Origin: Candidatus Sulfomarinibacteraceae bacterium
GTDB taxonomy: Bacteria; Acidobacteriota; Thermoanaerobaculia; Thermoanaerobaculales; Sulfomarinibacteraceae
Direction of reading: 5' to 3'
DNA: 64,000 nt
NCBI GenBank assembly: GCA_963796455.1
Contig: CAWCLO010000004.1
Location: 1,184,001 to 1,248,000 of the forward strand
Position 1 is the stretch's first letter. Each line of letters begins with the position of its first letter. The translations under genes and the position numbers were made by a program. The notes under the pieces were generated by a model. It was not told the DNA's origin. It was given only the letters and a program-made list of their open reading frames with translations, and ran no database searches. Shown piece after piece: positions 29,081 to 39,157 of this stretch.

Positions 29081-30226
29081 TCAACGGTGAGTTCCTGCCG
29101 CTTCAATTCTTCCAGAAAAGCACTGCAGCCCGTTGCCCACGAGATTGGTGAACCAGAAGGCGCATAGACGTCTGGCCGCCTTGTCGTTCTCACTGGCCGA
29201 AGCCATCCCCTTGAGGTATCCATATTGAAAGAGCTTGTGCAGCAGCGGATCAACGACCGAGGTCGCAGGCAAATCAAATTCGGCTGCGAGTTCCAGAACG
29301 CCCTCTTCCAAGGCCTCGAGCTTGTCTTCAACCGCGAGAACCCGCCGGCGCCTCGCCCCAAAGATGAGCTTTTCACGAATCCGGGAGCGCCGGATCTGCT
29401 GCGCTCCGATGTCGCGTCGGGTTTTCGGCCATTTCTCGATCAACACCGAGCCCATCTTGCCGCACGACATCTGGCGGGCGAAAAATGACGGCGCATCATA
29501 GGCGTGGTGGTGCCAGGCGCGGGCTGAGGCCCGATACACGATTCGCATCCCCCGACGCCGTAGCCGATACGAAAACTCGGCATCTTCGAATGCCGCGGCG
29601 GGGAAATCCTTGCTGAAACCGGTGAACTCCTCTTCGAGAAGCTTTCTGGAAGCCGAGACATTGCTTGTGTAAAAATGGCGATAGTCGTACTCGTCGCCAT
29701 CGGTCATGTAGTGAAAGCTGAACTGCTGGGCGCCGACACCGTCGACATGACGCATTGTGGACGTGAGTTCGAGATCAGGAGACCAGGAGATGTTGCCCAA
29801 AACGGCCCAGCGATCACTGATCATCCCTTTCCGGGCATCGAGATGGCTCTTGAGCAGATCCGGTGACGGCTCGATATCGTCACCGGTATAAAGGACCCAC
29901 TCCCCAGTAGCGGCCGCCAGGCCGTAGTTGCGCGCCACCGCGGGCCCCTGATTCTCCTGGCGGAGAACGACCAGCGAATACCTCGTGGGCTTTGTGGCGG
30001 CGAGCAGTTCGGATGTGCGATCACCAGATCCGTCGTCCACGACCACGATCTCAAAGGGGAGATCGTTGGGGGTCTGTCGTTCCCACGCCCGCAGCATCTT
30101 CTCCAATGTCGCGGCACGATTCCATGTGGGGATGATGACCGAAAACTTCGGAAGGGTGCTTTCACCATGCACTGAGTTGTGACTCCGATCACGCGTCGTG
30201 GTAACTGTCGCCGATTTCGTGTCCAT
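29081..30226 (-). CDS. GT2 glycosyltransferase
   Basis: FSVIIPTWNR, VVDDGS, GPAVARN, TGDD and FEDAEFSYR. Confidence 0.9.
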   Translation of the reverse strand: MDTKSATVTTTRDRSHNSVHGESTLPKFSVIIPTWNRAATLEKMLRAWERQTPNDLPFEIVVVDDGSGDRTSELLAATKPTRYSLVVLRQENQGPAVARNYGLAAATGEWVLYTGDDIEPSPDLLKSHLDARKGMISDRWAVLGNISWSPDLELTSTMRHVDGVGAQQFSFHYMTDGDEYDYRHFYTSNVSASRKLLEEEFTGFSKDFPAAAFEDAEFSYRLRRRGMRIVYRASARAWHHHAYDAPSFFARQMSCGKMGSVLIEKWPKTRRDIGAQQIRRSRIREKLIFGARRRRVLAVEDKLEALEEGVLELAAEFDLPATSVVDPLLHKLFQYGYLKGMASASENDKAARRLCAFWFTNLVGNGLQCFSGRIEAAGTHR

Positions 30227-30331
30227 CCTAACCCCAACCGCACTCCGGCACCAGGGTTTGCCGGATACTCTGTTTTCGACAAATGAGCGGAAGTCCTGAT
30301 ATGATAGTTCTGAGGGCGCTAGGAATTCAAT

Positions 30332-32809
30332 ATGTCAAAAATTGCCTATATTTCAAAAAATCCGCAGGTCGTCGCGTTCGCCGTCACCATACTGCTGGCG
30401 GCCGCCTCGATTGCCGATTGTGAGACCGTCATCACCGTTCCTGGTGACTACTCGACATTGAGCGCAGCGGTTGCCGCTGTGCCCCATGGTGGAGTCATCG
30501 AAATAGCTGCCGGCAGTTACTCCGGTGGGTTCAGCTACAACAACCTCGGCAAGGCCTTCACGATCAGAGCTGTTTCCCCGAACACGGTTTTTCTGGATGG
30601 CGGCGGCACCCAACCGGTTTTCCGCCTGCAGAACACGACGGTCTCGGCCGGTGGTCCCATCGTCTTTAAAAACCTCGTCTTTCGAAACGGAAGATCGACA
30701 ACCAGCGGCGTCGGCGGTGGCGTGACCTTGAGCCGGGCCGACGCCACCTTCATCGATTGTTCGTTTCTCGACAACACCTCAAACGCGATCACCGGCGGCG
30801 GAGGCGTCGCGGTGGTGACGGATTCCGCGGCCTATTTTGTGCGCTGCCTGTGGCAGGACAACGTAGCGACTCACGAGGGCGCCGGGCTCAGGGTCAACGA
30901 CGACGCGCTGGCTGTGGTGCATGATTCGAGGTTCATCGACAACTCGGCCAACCCCCCGAATCACCGCAACACGGCGGCCGGGGGCGGCGTTCACGTCGGG
31001 AACAGCATGTTTCGCGTGAGCGACAGTCGATTCGAGGGCAACACGGCGGGCTATGTGGGTGGCGGAATCTACGCCATCGGCAACTGGCAGGAGCCGGTCA
31101 CGACACCTCGATCCGTGGTCGTGGTGGCAAACTGCACGCTTGAAGACAATGCGGCAATTGCAGACGGTTCCGTTGACACGCCGACCCCACCCGAAGCCGG
31201 CGGGATCCATGTGGAGGATCAAAGCGCGGTCGCAATCTATGGTTCGCGCTTCGTTTTCAACACGGCCGAGAGGGGCGGAGCGGTCAACTCTTATCGCGCC
31301 GGAATCATCATTGAAGATTCGATCTTCCGCGGCAACTGGGTCGACGGAAGCAGCCCCTCAACCGGTTTTGGCGGCGCTATCGCGGTCACCTCAAGCGACA
31401 CCACGATCGATGGTTCGACCAATCGGCCCAATGGCACGCTGACAGTCTCCAACACCTTGATCCACGGCCGTTTTGATCCGGTGGGTGCTGTCGCCCAGGC
31501 CGGCGGCGGCGTCTACGTCGCGGGTGATGTCAACCGCGAATATGGTTTTGGAGGTGTCTCCAAGCTCGGTCCGACCTCGGTCAACCGCTCACCCGTGGTT
31601 CTCGATAATGTGGTCTTCTATGAGTGTGACGTCAACGATCCGCTAACCGCCAACAAGGGCCTCGGCGGCGGCATGAGCTTCGAACTCGGGCAGTTAACCG
31701 GCTCCGACCTCCTCGTCATTGACTCGGATGCAACCGGCGTCGAGAGCACCGGCGGGGCACTACGATTCGTCATTGAGTCTGCAGGTACCGTTGCAACGAG
31801 CACATTTGCGGCGAACTCTGCCGTTCGTTTCGGGGGCGCAGTCTTTGGTCAGGGAAGCGATCTCGATTTCAACCAATGCACTTTTCTCGAGAACGAAATC
31901 AGCCCGGGAACAAGTGAGACCGTGGGAGTGTCTTACGGTGCAGCGTTGTTCCTCGGTCCGATCGTGGGATATGCCGGTGTCGATATGCCGATGGATGGTG
32001 CGGTGGAGAACAGTATATTCGCCGATAACATAGGTCTTCCGATTTTCGACGACGATCGTTCGCCGAGCCCCATCAACGATATGCGCTACAACGGCAACGA
32101 TATCCACTCCAGTACTTTCGGAACCAGTGTCTATATCGATTCCGTGGTCAGCGGCGCAAAGAGCGTCTCCCAACTCAACTCCCTGGTGGTCACCCGCGGC
32201 GGCGGAACCAGCACGACCAAGTCCCAGGTCGACAATAACTCGCTCGGGACCTCGCCGGCGACGGCGACTCTCCTGGCCGTGCCGTCGAAGATCCTCACGC
32301 GCGGGGCGGCCGGGGATCCTGCCGGCAGTACCGACTCGTTCCTCGCCTGGGCTTGGAGTGGAGCATCCGCAACCCTGAACTCTTCACCTCTCGGATCGAC
32401 CACCGGCATCGCCGGCGCGTCGGCCGGAACCTCCACGTTGAACGCCGACGGCGAATTGGCCCAGGCCCAGGTCGTCGCGGCCGCGGCCCCCGCCGTCAGC
32501 CTGAGCGCGGTACCGATCGCCATCAGCAGCGGCCAGTCGGCCTCCCTGCAGTGGAACCTCACCGCCGGTACCTATCTGGACGTGGATATCGATGGCGGTC
32601 TCCGCTTGTCGCCGGGATCCAAGGGAAGCTCCGGTTCGGTTTCGGTCTCCCCCACCGTCACGACCACCTACAGGATCATCGCCACAACCGAAGAAGGAGG
32701 CGCGATCGCCGAAGCCACAGTATGGGTCGACGAGACACCGCCTTCGATCTTCAGCGATGGATTCGAGACCGGCAACACCTCGACCTGGTCAGCTGCCGTT
32801 GGTTCGTGA
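30332..32809 (+). CDS. Secreted right-handed beta-helix (Pmp-like GGA/FxxN repeats) protein with C-terminal IFSDGFETG tag
   Basis: Signal peptide, VPGDYSTL start, and repeated FxxN...GGG/GGA motifs. Ends PPSIFSDGFETGNTSTWSAAVGS. Confidence 0.85.
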   Translation: MSKIAYISKNPQVVAFAVTILLAAASIADCETVITVPGDYSTLSAAVAAVPHGGVIEIAAGSYSGGFSYNNLGKAFTIRAVSPNTVFLDGGGTQPVFRLQNTTVSAGGPIVFKNLVFRNGRSTTSGVGGGVTLSRADATFIDCSFLDNTSNAITGGGGVAVVTDSAAYFVRCLWQDNVATHEGAGLRVNDDALAVVHDSRFIDNSANPPNHRNTAAGGGVHVGNSMFRVSDSRFEGNTAGYVGGGIYAIGNWQEPVTTPRSVVVVANCTLEDNAAIADGSVDTPTPPEAGGIHVEDQSAVAIYGSRFVFNTAERGGAVNSYRAGIIIEDSIFRGNWVDGSSPSTGFGGAIAVTSSDTTIDGSTNRPNGTLTVSNTLIHGRFDPVGAVAQAGGGVYVAGDVNREYGFGGVSKLGPTSVNRSPVVLDNVVFYECDVNDPLTANKGLGGGMSFELGQLTGSDLLVIDSDATGVESTGGALRFVIESAGTVATSTFAANSAVRFGGAVFGQGSDLDFNQCTFLENEISPGTSETVGVSYGAALFLGPIVGYAGVDMPMDGAVENSIFADNIGLPIFDDDRSPSPINDMRYNGNDIHSSTFGTSVYIDSVVSGAKSVSQLNSLVVTRGGGTSTTKSQVDNNSLGTSPATATLLAVPSKILTRGAAGDPAGSTDSFLAWAWSGASATLNSSPLGSTTGIAGASAGTSTLNADGELAQAQVVAAAAPAVSLSAVPIAISSGQSASLQWNLTAGTYLDVDIDGGLRLSPGSKGSSGSVSVSPTVTTTYRIIATTEEGGAIAEATVWVDETPPSIFSDGFETGNTSTWSAAVGS

Positions 32810-33685
32810 GGGGCGACGCGCCGAGATCAATCCTCGGGCGAAGGCCGTTCTGCACTGAAGATCCCAGAGATCCGACCGGCAACCACGTCTCCACGCGGTG
32901 CGCCATACTGACCGAATGGCAAGTGCTGGCGCAAGTGCGAGGGGTTTGAGGACAAGAGCGCCAACAAGATCCGGGTGCTGCCGAATGGCTCGCCTCGCCC
33001 ACCAGCCCGCAAGACGCTGCCGCGTCAAAAACGGCTCGATGTTTTCATAGTGGTGGTGGTGCAGAACCTTCGCCTCACCGTCGAAATAAACCCTCCTGGA
33101 CCGCCGTTTCCATCGCCATAACATCTCGGTGTCTTCCAGGCAGGCATCCGTGTAGGCCTCGTCAAAGGGCTCATCCAAAAACCACGATCTCGGAGCTGAA
33201 AGATTTGAACTGACGACCGAAGACCAGGGCACCAACGATCCGGTTTCGAGTCCCTTGAACCAAAACTGTGGTCCCTCAGGTGCCAGAAACCTCATCACCT
33301 CGGTGACGCCGGACTCCGAATCCCAATCGATCATCCCCTGAGTGCCGCCCTCCGCTTCGCCGGAAAGGTGGCGAGCCAGACAATCCGGCTCCGGAATCAT
33401 GTCATCGCCGAGAAGCAGTATGCGATCAGAAACGGCCTCTCGGATGCCGGCATTGCGGGCCCGGGCCGGCCCGCCGTGCTCGAGGGCTATCGATTTCAAC
33501 TCATAGTTGCTGGGTTTCGTCGCCTGGAGCAAGCGTGGCGTGTCATCGGTGGATCCGTCGTCGACGACAACCACCGAAAAGAAAACATCCACTCCACGTT
33601 GCTTATCCAGCGCCTCGAGTGTCGATCGCAGCACCCGGCACCTGTTCCGGGTCGGTATGACGACCGTCAGGGCTTCGTCGGCCAT
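32789..33685 (-). CDS. GT2 glycosyltransferase
   Basis: VVIPTRNR, VVDDGSTD, GPARARN, LGDD and LEDTEM. Confidence 0.88.
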   Translation of the reverse strand: MADEALTVVIPTRNRCRVLRSTLEALDKQRGVDVFFSVVVVDDGSTDDTPRLLQATKPSNYELKSIALEHGGPARARNAGIREAVSDRILLLGDDMIPEPDCLARHLSGEAEGGTQGMIDWDSESGVTEVMRFLAPEGPQFWFKGLETGSLVPWSSVVSSNLSAPRSWFLDEPFDEAYTDACLEDTEMLWRWKRRSRRVYFDGEAKVLHHHHYENIEPFLTRQRLAGWWARRAIRQHPDLVGALVLKPLALAPALAIRSVWRTAWRRGCRSDLWDLQCRTAFARGLISARRPSRTNGS

Positions 33686-33686
33686 A

Positions 33687-34478
33687 TCACGGCTGTCGCG
33701 CGCCCGCATCCCGGATCGTGCCGCCAACCATGATCTCCTGGTGCACCGAAGCACGGTATTGCTCAACAACCTCGCCGGCCGGGCCAAAACCGCGCACAAC
33801 ACCGTGTTCGAGCCACAACGCGTCGTCACACGTGTGCTCGACTCCGTCGAGGTTGTGGGTCACCAGGAGGATGGTCACGCCATCTTTTCGGAACTGCGCG
33901 AGGCGTTCGTCACACTTGTGGCGGAAGCTCTCGTCGCCAACCGTCAGCACCTCATCCAACAACAGGACATTGGCGTCGACTGTGGTGGCCGTGGCAAAAG
34001 CCAATCTCGCGACCATGCCGGTTGAATAGGTGCGGATCGGGTGGTCGATGAAATCTCCAAGTTCGGCAAATTCGACGATTTCTTCGCACCGCGCTTCCAT
34101 TTCTTCGTGTGAACGGCCGAGCAGCGCACCGTTGAAAAAGATATTTTCACGTCCTGACAGTTCGGCTTCAAATCCGAGACCGAGTTCGATCACCGGTGCG
34201 AGAAGGCCCCTGACGATGGCGGTGCCCTTGGATGGCTGCAGGATGCCGGCGGCCACCCTCAGAAGGGTCGACTTGCCGGCCCCGTTGTGTCCGATGATGG
34301 CGAGCATCCTCCCGGGGTCGACGGAGAAGCTCACGCCGGAAAGGGCAAGAAGATCGCGATAGCTGATCTTCGATACGAGTTGCCGGATGACCCACTCCTT
34401 GAGCGTGGCGATCCCTCGTTCCGAGGAAATCCGGAACTGGAGCGAGACATCGTGGAATTCAACTCGAGGCTCGGTCAT
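33687..34478 (-). CDS. wzt: Polysaccharide ABC exporter ATPase (Wzt/TagH)
   Basis: GHNGAGKSTLL, ELSGRENI, YSTGMVARLAFA and DEVLTVGD. Confidence 0.93.
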   Translation of the reverse strand: MTEPRVEFHDVSLQFRISSERGIATLKEWVIRQLVSKISYRDLLALSGVSFSVDPGRMLAIIGHNGAGKSTLLRVAAGILQPSKGTAIVRGLLAPVIELGLGFEAELSGRENIFFNGALLGRSHEEMEARCEEIVEFAELGDFIDHPIRTYSTGMVARLAFATATTVDANVLLLDEVLTVGDESFRHKCDERLAQFRKDGVTILLVTHNLDGVEHTCDDALWLEHGVVRGFGPAGEVVEQYRASVHQEIMVGGTIRDAGARQP

Positions 34479-34496
34479 GGACTCCCGGATCCTCCG

Positions 34497-35333
34497 TCAG
34501 AGGTGAAGATAGAAATTCTTGGCAAGACGGTGAAAGACGTTCCATCCGATAACCAGGGTCACCAGCGAAACGACCAGCGAAGCGAGAAAAACGTGCATCG
34601 ACGGCAGGGTACCCAAATACACCGGGTCCCTGGCAAGCTTGAACAGCTGAGTCAACGGGTTGATCCGGATGAGCCAGAGCCATTTCCCGGGAATGATTGA
34701 AATCGGGTAGATGATCGGTGTCAGGTACATCAGACCGACCGTCGCGACCTGATAGGCGTGGACAACGTCATCAAAAAAGACCGCCAACGATGACAGGAGC
34801 AGCGACACCCCGAGGGTGAAAATACCGATGATGAGGAACGCAACCGGCAAAAAGAGAACCGCGGGCCGGATCGGAGCCCCTACCGCGATCATGATTATGA
34901 AAAGTGGAATATATGCAAGAAAAAGGTTAACGAGACCCGACACGGTGGTGGAAATGGCGAAGATCGATTTCGGTACCCGAACCCTCTTCATCAAAGAGCC
35001 GTTCCACTCCAGAGTCGTCATCGACTGGACGGTTGTCTGCTGGAAAAAACCGAAGACCAGATACGAAGAAAGAAGATAGACCGCGTAGTGGGACATCCCC
35101 GCAAACCTGAAGATCGTCGAAAAGACGATCGTCAGGATGATCATCAGCAACAGGGGGTTGAGCATCGTCCATAAAAAGCCGATGGCGGACCGTTTGTAAC
35201 GTACGGTCAGATCTCTACGAACCAGGTTGAGCAGGAGATTCGAGGAGGCGATGAGCCCCCGAATTTCTTCGCGGGTGCTGAACTTGGTCTCCGCAGAGTT
35301 ATAGAGAATGTGGGAATCTGTGATCGACACCAC
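34497..35333 (-). CDS. wzm: Polysaccharide ABC exporter permease (Wzm/TagG)
   Basis: RDLTVRYKRSAIGFLWTMLNPLL, YLTPIIYP and INPLT. Confidence 0.93.
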   Translation of the reverse strand: MVSITDSHILYNSAETKFSTREEIRGLIASSNLLLNLVRRDLTVRYKRSAIGFLWTMLNPLLLMIILTIVFSTIFRFAGMSHYAVYLLSSYLVFGFFQQTTVQSMTTLEWNGSLMKRVRVPKSIFAISTTVSGLVNLFLAYIPLFIIMIAVGAPIRPAVLFLPVAFLIIGIFTLGVSLLLSSLAVFFDDVVHAYQVATVGLMYLTPIIYPISIIPGKWLWLIRINPLTQLFKLARDPVYLGTLPSMHVFLASLVVSLVTLVIGWNVFHRLAKNFYLHL

Positions 35334-35390
35334 AAAATATTAACACGCTGAAGACTTCGACAAGGTTCAATCACCCGAACCGCTGCTACC

Positions 35391-36371
35391 ATGGATCAAA
35401 GGGCGGATCAGTTGAAAACATCGGTCATTATTCCGACTCGAAACACGCGAGAGCTGACACTTCGTTGCCTGGCTTCCCTCTGGCTCTGCAATCCGCAACC
35501 GGACGAGGTGATCGTTGTCGACGATGGAAGCACCGACGACACTATTCGGTCGGTGGTTCGCAAATATCCCCGCCACATCGTGGTTCGCCTGCCCGCGAGC
35601 GAAGGATTCGCCGTTGCCGCCAACCACGGCATGAAACGGGCTTCCGGAGATCTGCTCCTCGTCCTGAACAGCGACACCGAAACCGAGGCATCCGCTATTG
35701 GAGTGGTGCAAAAAGCATTTGCCGAGGATGAGTCGCTCGGAATCGCCGGCGCGACCCTTCGCCACCCGGATGGATCACGGCAATGGAGTGGAGGCAAGAT
35801 CCCCTCCGCCATGTGGTGTTTTGCTCTGGCCACCGGCCTTCCCGCCCTCATCGACCACATCGCGGCGTGGAGACTCCTCAAATCACCATCCGGCTCGAAG
35901 GGCGGGAGTGTGGATTGGGTCGCTGGGACGGCCATGGCCCTGAGGCGTTCGGTATGGGAGAAGATCGGGCCGTTTGACACCGGTTTTCGCTTCTATTGCC
36001 AGGATGTCGACCTTTGTTACCAGGCAACCTGCGAAGGTTTCGGGGTTGCAGTATTGCCCGACTTCAAAGTCCTCCACCATCGCGGCGGGAGCATTTCCGA
36101 CGAGGGAGGGGCGGTTGGCCCCTACCATCCCGAACTGATGTGGACTGATCTGTTGCGATTCGCCCACAAGCGATTCAGCCCGCAGAAAGCACGCAATACC
36201 GCGACTGCCCTGCGACTCGGGGGGACGGTTCGTGTCCTCGGTCGGCGGCTCGCCACCCCCCTGGTTCCGGACAATCTCCGCACCGATTGGAAAACCGCCA
36301 CTTCGGCCTACCTCCACGCGGTCAGGGCGGTCGATTCCATTGGTTCCGAGCAGGAAATCGAAAGGGTCTGA
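35391..36371 (+). CDS. GT2 glycosyltransferase (rhamnosyltransferase-like)
   Basis: GFAVAANHG, LNSD, VDWVAG and FYCQDVDLC. Confidence 0.9.
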   Translation: MDQRADQLKTSVIIPTRNTRELTLRCLASLWLCNPQPDEVIVVDDGSTDDTIRSVVRKYPRHIVVRLPASEGFAVAANHGMKRASGDLLLVLNSDTETEASAIGVVQKAFAEDESLGIAGATLRHPDGSRQWSGGKIPSAMWCFALATGLPALIDHIAAWRLLKSPSGSKGGSVDWVAGTAMALRRSVWEKIGPFDTGFRFYCQDVDLCYQATCEGFGVAVLPDFKVLHHRGGSISDEGGAVGPYHPELMWTDLLRFAHKRFSPQKARNTATALRLGGTVRVLGRRLATPLVPDNLRTDWKTATSAYLHAVRAVDSIGSEQEIERV

Positions 36372-36592
36372 GCAGCCCGCCCCACCCTTTTCATGTTCGC
36401 CGATCTCGATCCAGAACCAAACTCACTCAAAACCCGCGATCCTCGCCTACGATCTGCCGCGACCTCCTATCCGGAATGGCTACGGGCGGGTTATTCTTGT
36501 ATGGGGGGCGCGTGTTGTCTCCGGCAATTCCGGGTGACAATTCGATCAAGACAGGCGCTCGAGAGGTTTGACTACATGATGGTTGACGGACC

Positions 36593-37951
36593 ATGAAGAT
36601 CGATTCGGGAATACCCGGAGACTCAAAAATCCAATACATCCGGTCGGAAGGCCTGCAGGCCCTGCAGAATCGGATGAAGGACCAGTCTGAAGAGCAGAAG
36701 AGGGTCCGAAAGCTCAAACCCCTCGAGGTGGAAGGTGGCAAGTTGACCCTGGGCTTCGAGCCACCACCGGTGCTCAATGTCTCGTCCATACCGCCGACAC
36801 CGAATCGCGGTGGTTCTCAGGTTCAGATGCTCGATCGCCTCGACGCCGAACGAAAGCGCCGCGCGGTCGCGCTGGCCTATCCGCGCGAAGGATCGTGGTG
36901 GCTCGAGATGTCGCTCGACACCGAGGCGGGGATCTACGAACTCGGGAAAAAAGCCAACCTGATCGATCTCCTGGTCCACGCAGCCCGCCTGATCGGGACC
37001 GACATCGTTCATATCGAAAATCTTCGCGGATTGCCCATCAATCTGCCCCACGGGCTCGAGAAGAACGGCATCAAGACCGTTCTTTCGGTACACGATTTCA
37101 CCCTTTTCTGCCGGCGCGCACACCTGATCGATACGCTGACGGAAAAGTTCTGCAACTATTCGGAGGACCTCCCGCGTTGCGCCGTCTGCTTGCGCGAACT
37201 CGATCCGGAGGGACGCTATCCCCAACGGGACTATCGAAAAATCGGCGCGGCGTCGATCCATGCGGTCAGTCAGGTCGTTTTTCCATCCGCATTCATCCAG
37301 CGCCGACACCACGAACTGTTTCCGTCGCGGCGCGAAGGACAGAGGGAGATCGTCATCGCGCCGGCATCGGTCCGACCCGAGGTCTTTGTGGATCGCTCGA
37401 AAATCAAACCGAATATCGCCTTCGTCGGCGGCATCCATCCGCACAAGGGTGGCCGTTTGATTCCGGCGGTGATGCAGCGTATCCGTTCGGAATCGAAGAA
37501 AGCGGTCGGTTTTGTATACGGCTACGCAAACCCCGAAATGCTGGATCAGGTCAAAATGGCCAAAGGGATCAAGGTCCGCGGTTATTATCGCCGCGGCACG
37601 CTCGGCAACCTGCTCGTTCAGGACAAGATCGGGGTCGCGATACTTCCATCGATCTGGCCCGAGTCGTATGGCATGGTTGTAGATGAATGCCTGGCAACCG
37701 GACTGCCTGTCGTCGCGTTCAATAGTGGCGCGGTTGGCGACCGACTCCGTTATTGGACGGTCGGCGAGCTCGTTCCTCCCGGCGGAGGCGCGGAAGGGCT
37801 CGCTCTCGGAGCGTTGGAAATATTGTCTGGCGGTCGGATCGGAACCGACGTGATCAGAATCCTCCCCAATGTCGACCGCAATGCGCAGAAATACCTCGAT
37901 CTTTATAAGAGCCTGAAGCAACGTGGCCGGGCTGGCAACGGAGACGGCTGA
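36593..37951 (+). CDS. GT4 glycosyltransferase
   Basis: SVHDFTLFC, FVGGIHPHKG and PSIWPESYGMVVDE. Confidence 0.87.
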   Translation: MKIDSGIPGDSKIQYIRSEGLQALQNRMKDQSEEQKRVRKLKPLEVEGGKLTLGFEPPPVLNVSSIPPTPNRGGSQVQMLDRLDAERKRRAVALAYPREGSWWLEMSLDTEAGIYELGKKANLIDLLVHAARLIGTDIVHIENLRGLPINLPHGLEKNGIKTVLSVHDFTLFCRRAHLIDTLTEKFCNYSEDLPRCAVCLRELDPEGRYPQRDYRKIGAASIHAVSQVVFPSAFIQRRHHELFPSRREGQREIVIAPASVRPEVFVDRSKIKPNIAFVGGIHPHKGGRLIPAVMQRIRSESKKAVGFVYGYANPEMLDQVKMAKGIKVRGYYRRGTLGNLLVQDKIGVAILPSIWPESYGMVVDECLATGLPVVAFNSGAVGDRLRYWTVGELVPPGGGAEGLALGALEILSGGRIGTDVIRILPNVDRNAQKYLDLYKSLKQRGRAGNGDG

Positions 37952-37972
37952 GCGACTGGAAGGTAGACCCCT

Positions 37973-39157
37973 CTGCGAATCCTCTACGTAGCCACAAAAC
38001 CGGCGTTTCCACCCACCGATGGTGGCAAACTGTTGATGTGGAACACCTTGACCGGTCTTTCGCACCGGGGACACCACGTGACCTTTATCGCCCCCGATCT
38101 GAGAACGAAGTCGCTGGATTCCGAGGAAATGGAGCTCGAAAATTGCCGGTCGAGGCTCGTGGGCTGTCGCCCCGGGCGTCTGATCCCATCGGTGCTTCGC
38201 GCCCTCGCCACGGGTCGCCCATTGTCGATCCTTCGGCACACCCACAGAGCTCTCCGGAATGTTGTCAAGGAGGAAATTGCTCGCGGCAACTTCGACATCG
38301 TTCACGGAGAGCAGGTGCAGTCGGTTTTCAACATCCCGGAAGACCCGCTCACACCGCCGGTGGTTCTTCGGGCTCAAAACGTGGAGAGCCACCTCTGGAG
38401 AATGGTCGCTCGAACCAAACCCTCCTACGCCCTGATGGCCCGTAGAGAAGCCAGAAAGATGGCCGTCACCGAAGCGCAGGCGATTCAAGGCGCCGCGGCG
38501 ACCGTGGTTTTGACCCGACGCGACGGTCTCGCGCTCGCCGGAGGGGTCGGGATGCAGCAAAAACGTGTACACCACATTCCCCCGCCCTTCCCGGCGAAGC
38601 TTCCCGGCAATCCCGAGATCCTTCCGGGCGACCCGGCGATCTTTCTCCTCGGTGGCGGCTGGCTTCCAAATCGAGATTCGATCACGTGGTTCTTCGACTC
38701 GATCTGGGGATCGATTACCGAGGCCCTGCCCAAGACCCAGGTTCACGTATTTGGAGAAGACGGATCCCTGGATTCCGCATCGATTTCGTGGCATCCGTCG
38801 CCGGACGCCAGCAGCAAGCTTTTTCACCAGAGTTCGGTTTTGATCGTGCCGCTCCGCGTCGCCTCCGGCATCCGTATGAAAATTCTCGAAGCGTGGTCCC
38901 GCGGGACCCCGGTGATCGCCACACCCGAAGCGGTCGAGGGGCTCGACGCGAAGGAAGGAAACGACGTTCTCCTCGCTCGCAACGGCCCCGAATTCGCGGC
39001 CGCCCTCACCCGACTCCACACCGAGGAGGGGCTCAGGCAGCGAATTGTCGACGGTGGACGGCAAAACCTGACCGAGCGCCACGACCCCGATGAGACCTGT
39101 GCGCAGCTCGAAGGCGTTTATCGCGAGGCAATCGGCGAATCAGGGTCAGGTCTGTAG
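37973..39157 (+). CDS. GT4 glycosyltransferase (probable CTG start)
   Basis: In-frame (M)RILYVATKPAFPPTDGG upstream of the listed ORF; AQNVES and ASGIRMKILEAW. Confidence 0.85.
   Translation: MRILYVATKPAFPPTDGGKLLMWNTLTGLSHRGHHVTFIAPDLRTKSLDSEEMELENCRSRLVGCRPGRLIPSVLRALATGRPLSILRHTHRALRNVVKEEIARGNFDIVHGEQVQSVFNIPEDPLTPPVVLRAQNVESHLWRMVARTKPSYALMARREARKMAVTEAQAIQGAAATVVLTRRDGLALAGGVGMQQKRVHHIPPPFPAKLPGNPEILPGDPAIFLLGGGWLPNRDSITWFFDSIWGSITEALPKTQVHVFGEDGSLDSASISWHPSPDASSKLFHQSSVLIVPLRVASGIRMKILEAWSRGTPVIATPEAVEGLDAKEGNDVLLARNGPEFAAALTRLHTEEGLRQRIVDGGRQNLTERHDPDETCAQLEGVYREAIGESGSGL

Noticed and set aside
36623..39082. 819-aa minus-strand ORF and similar long antisense ORFs (2541-4028, 5801-7051, 44069-45136)
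   Set aside because: These are shadow ORFs opposite well-supported genes in GC-rich DNA and carry no motifs.
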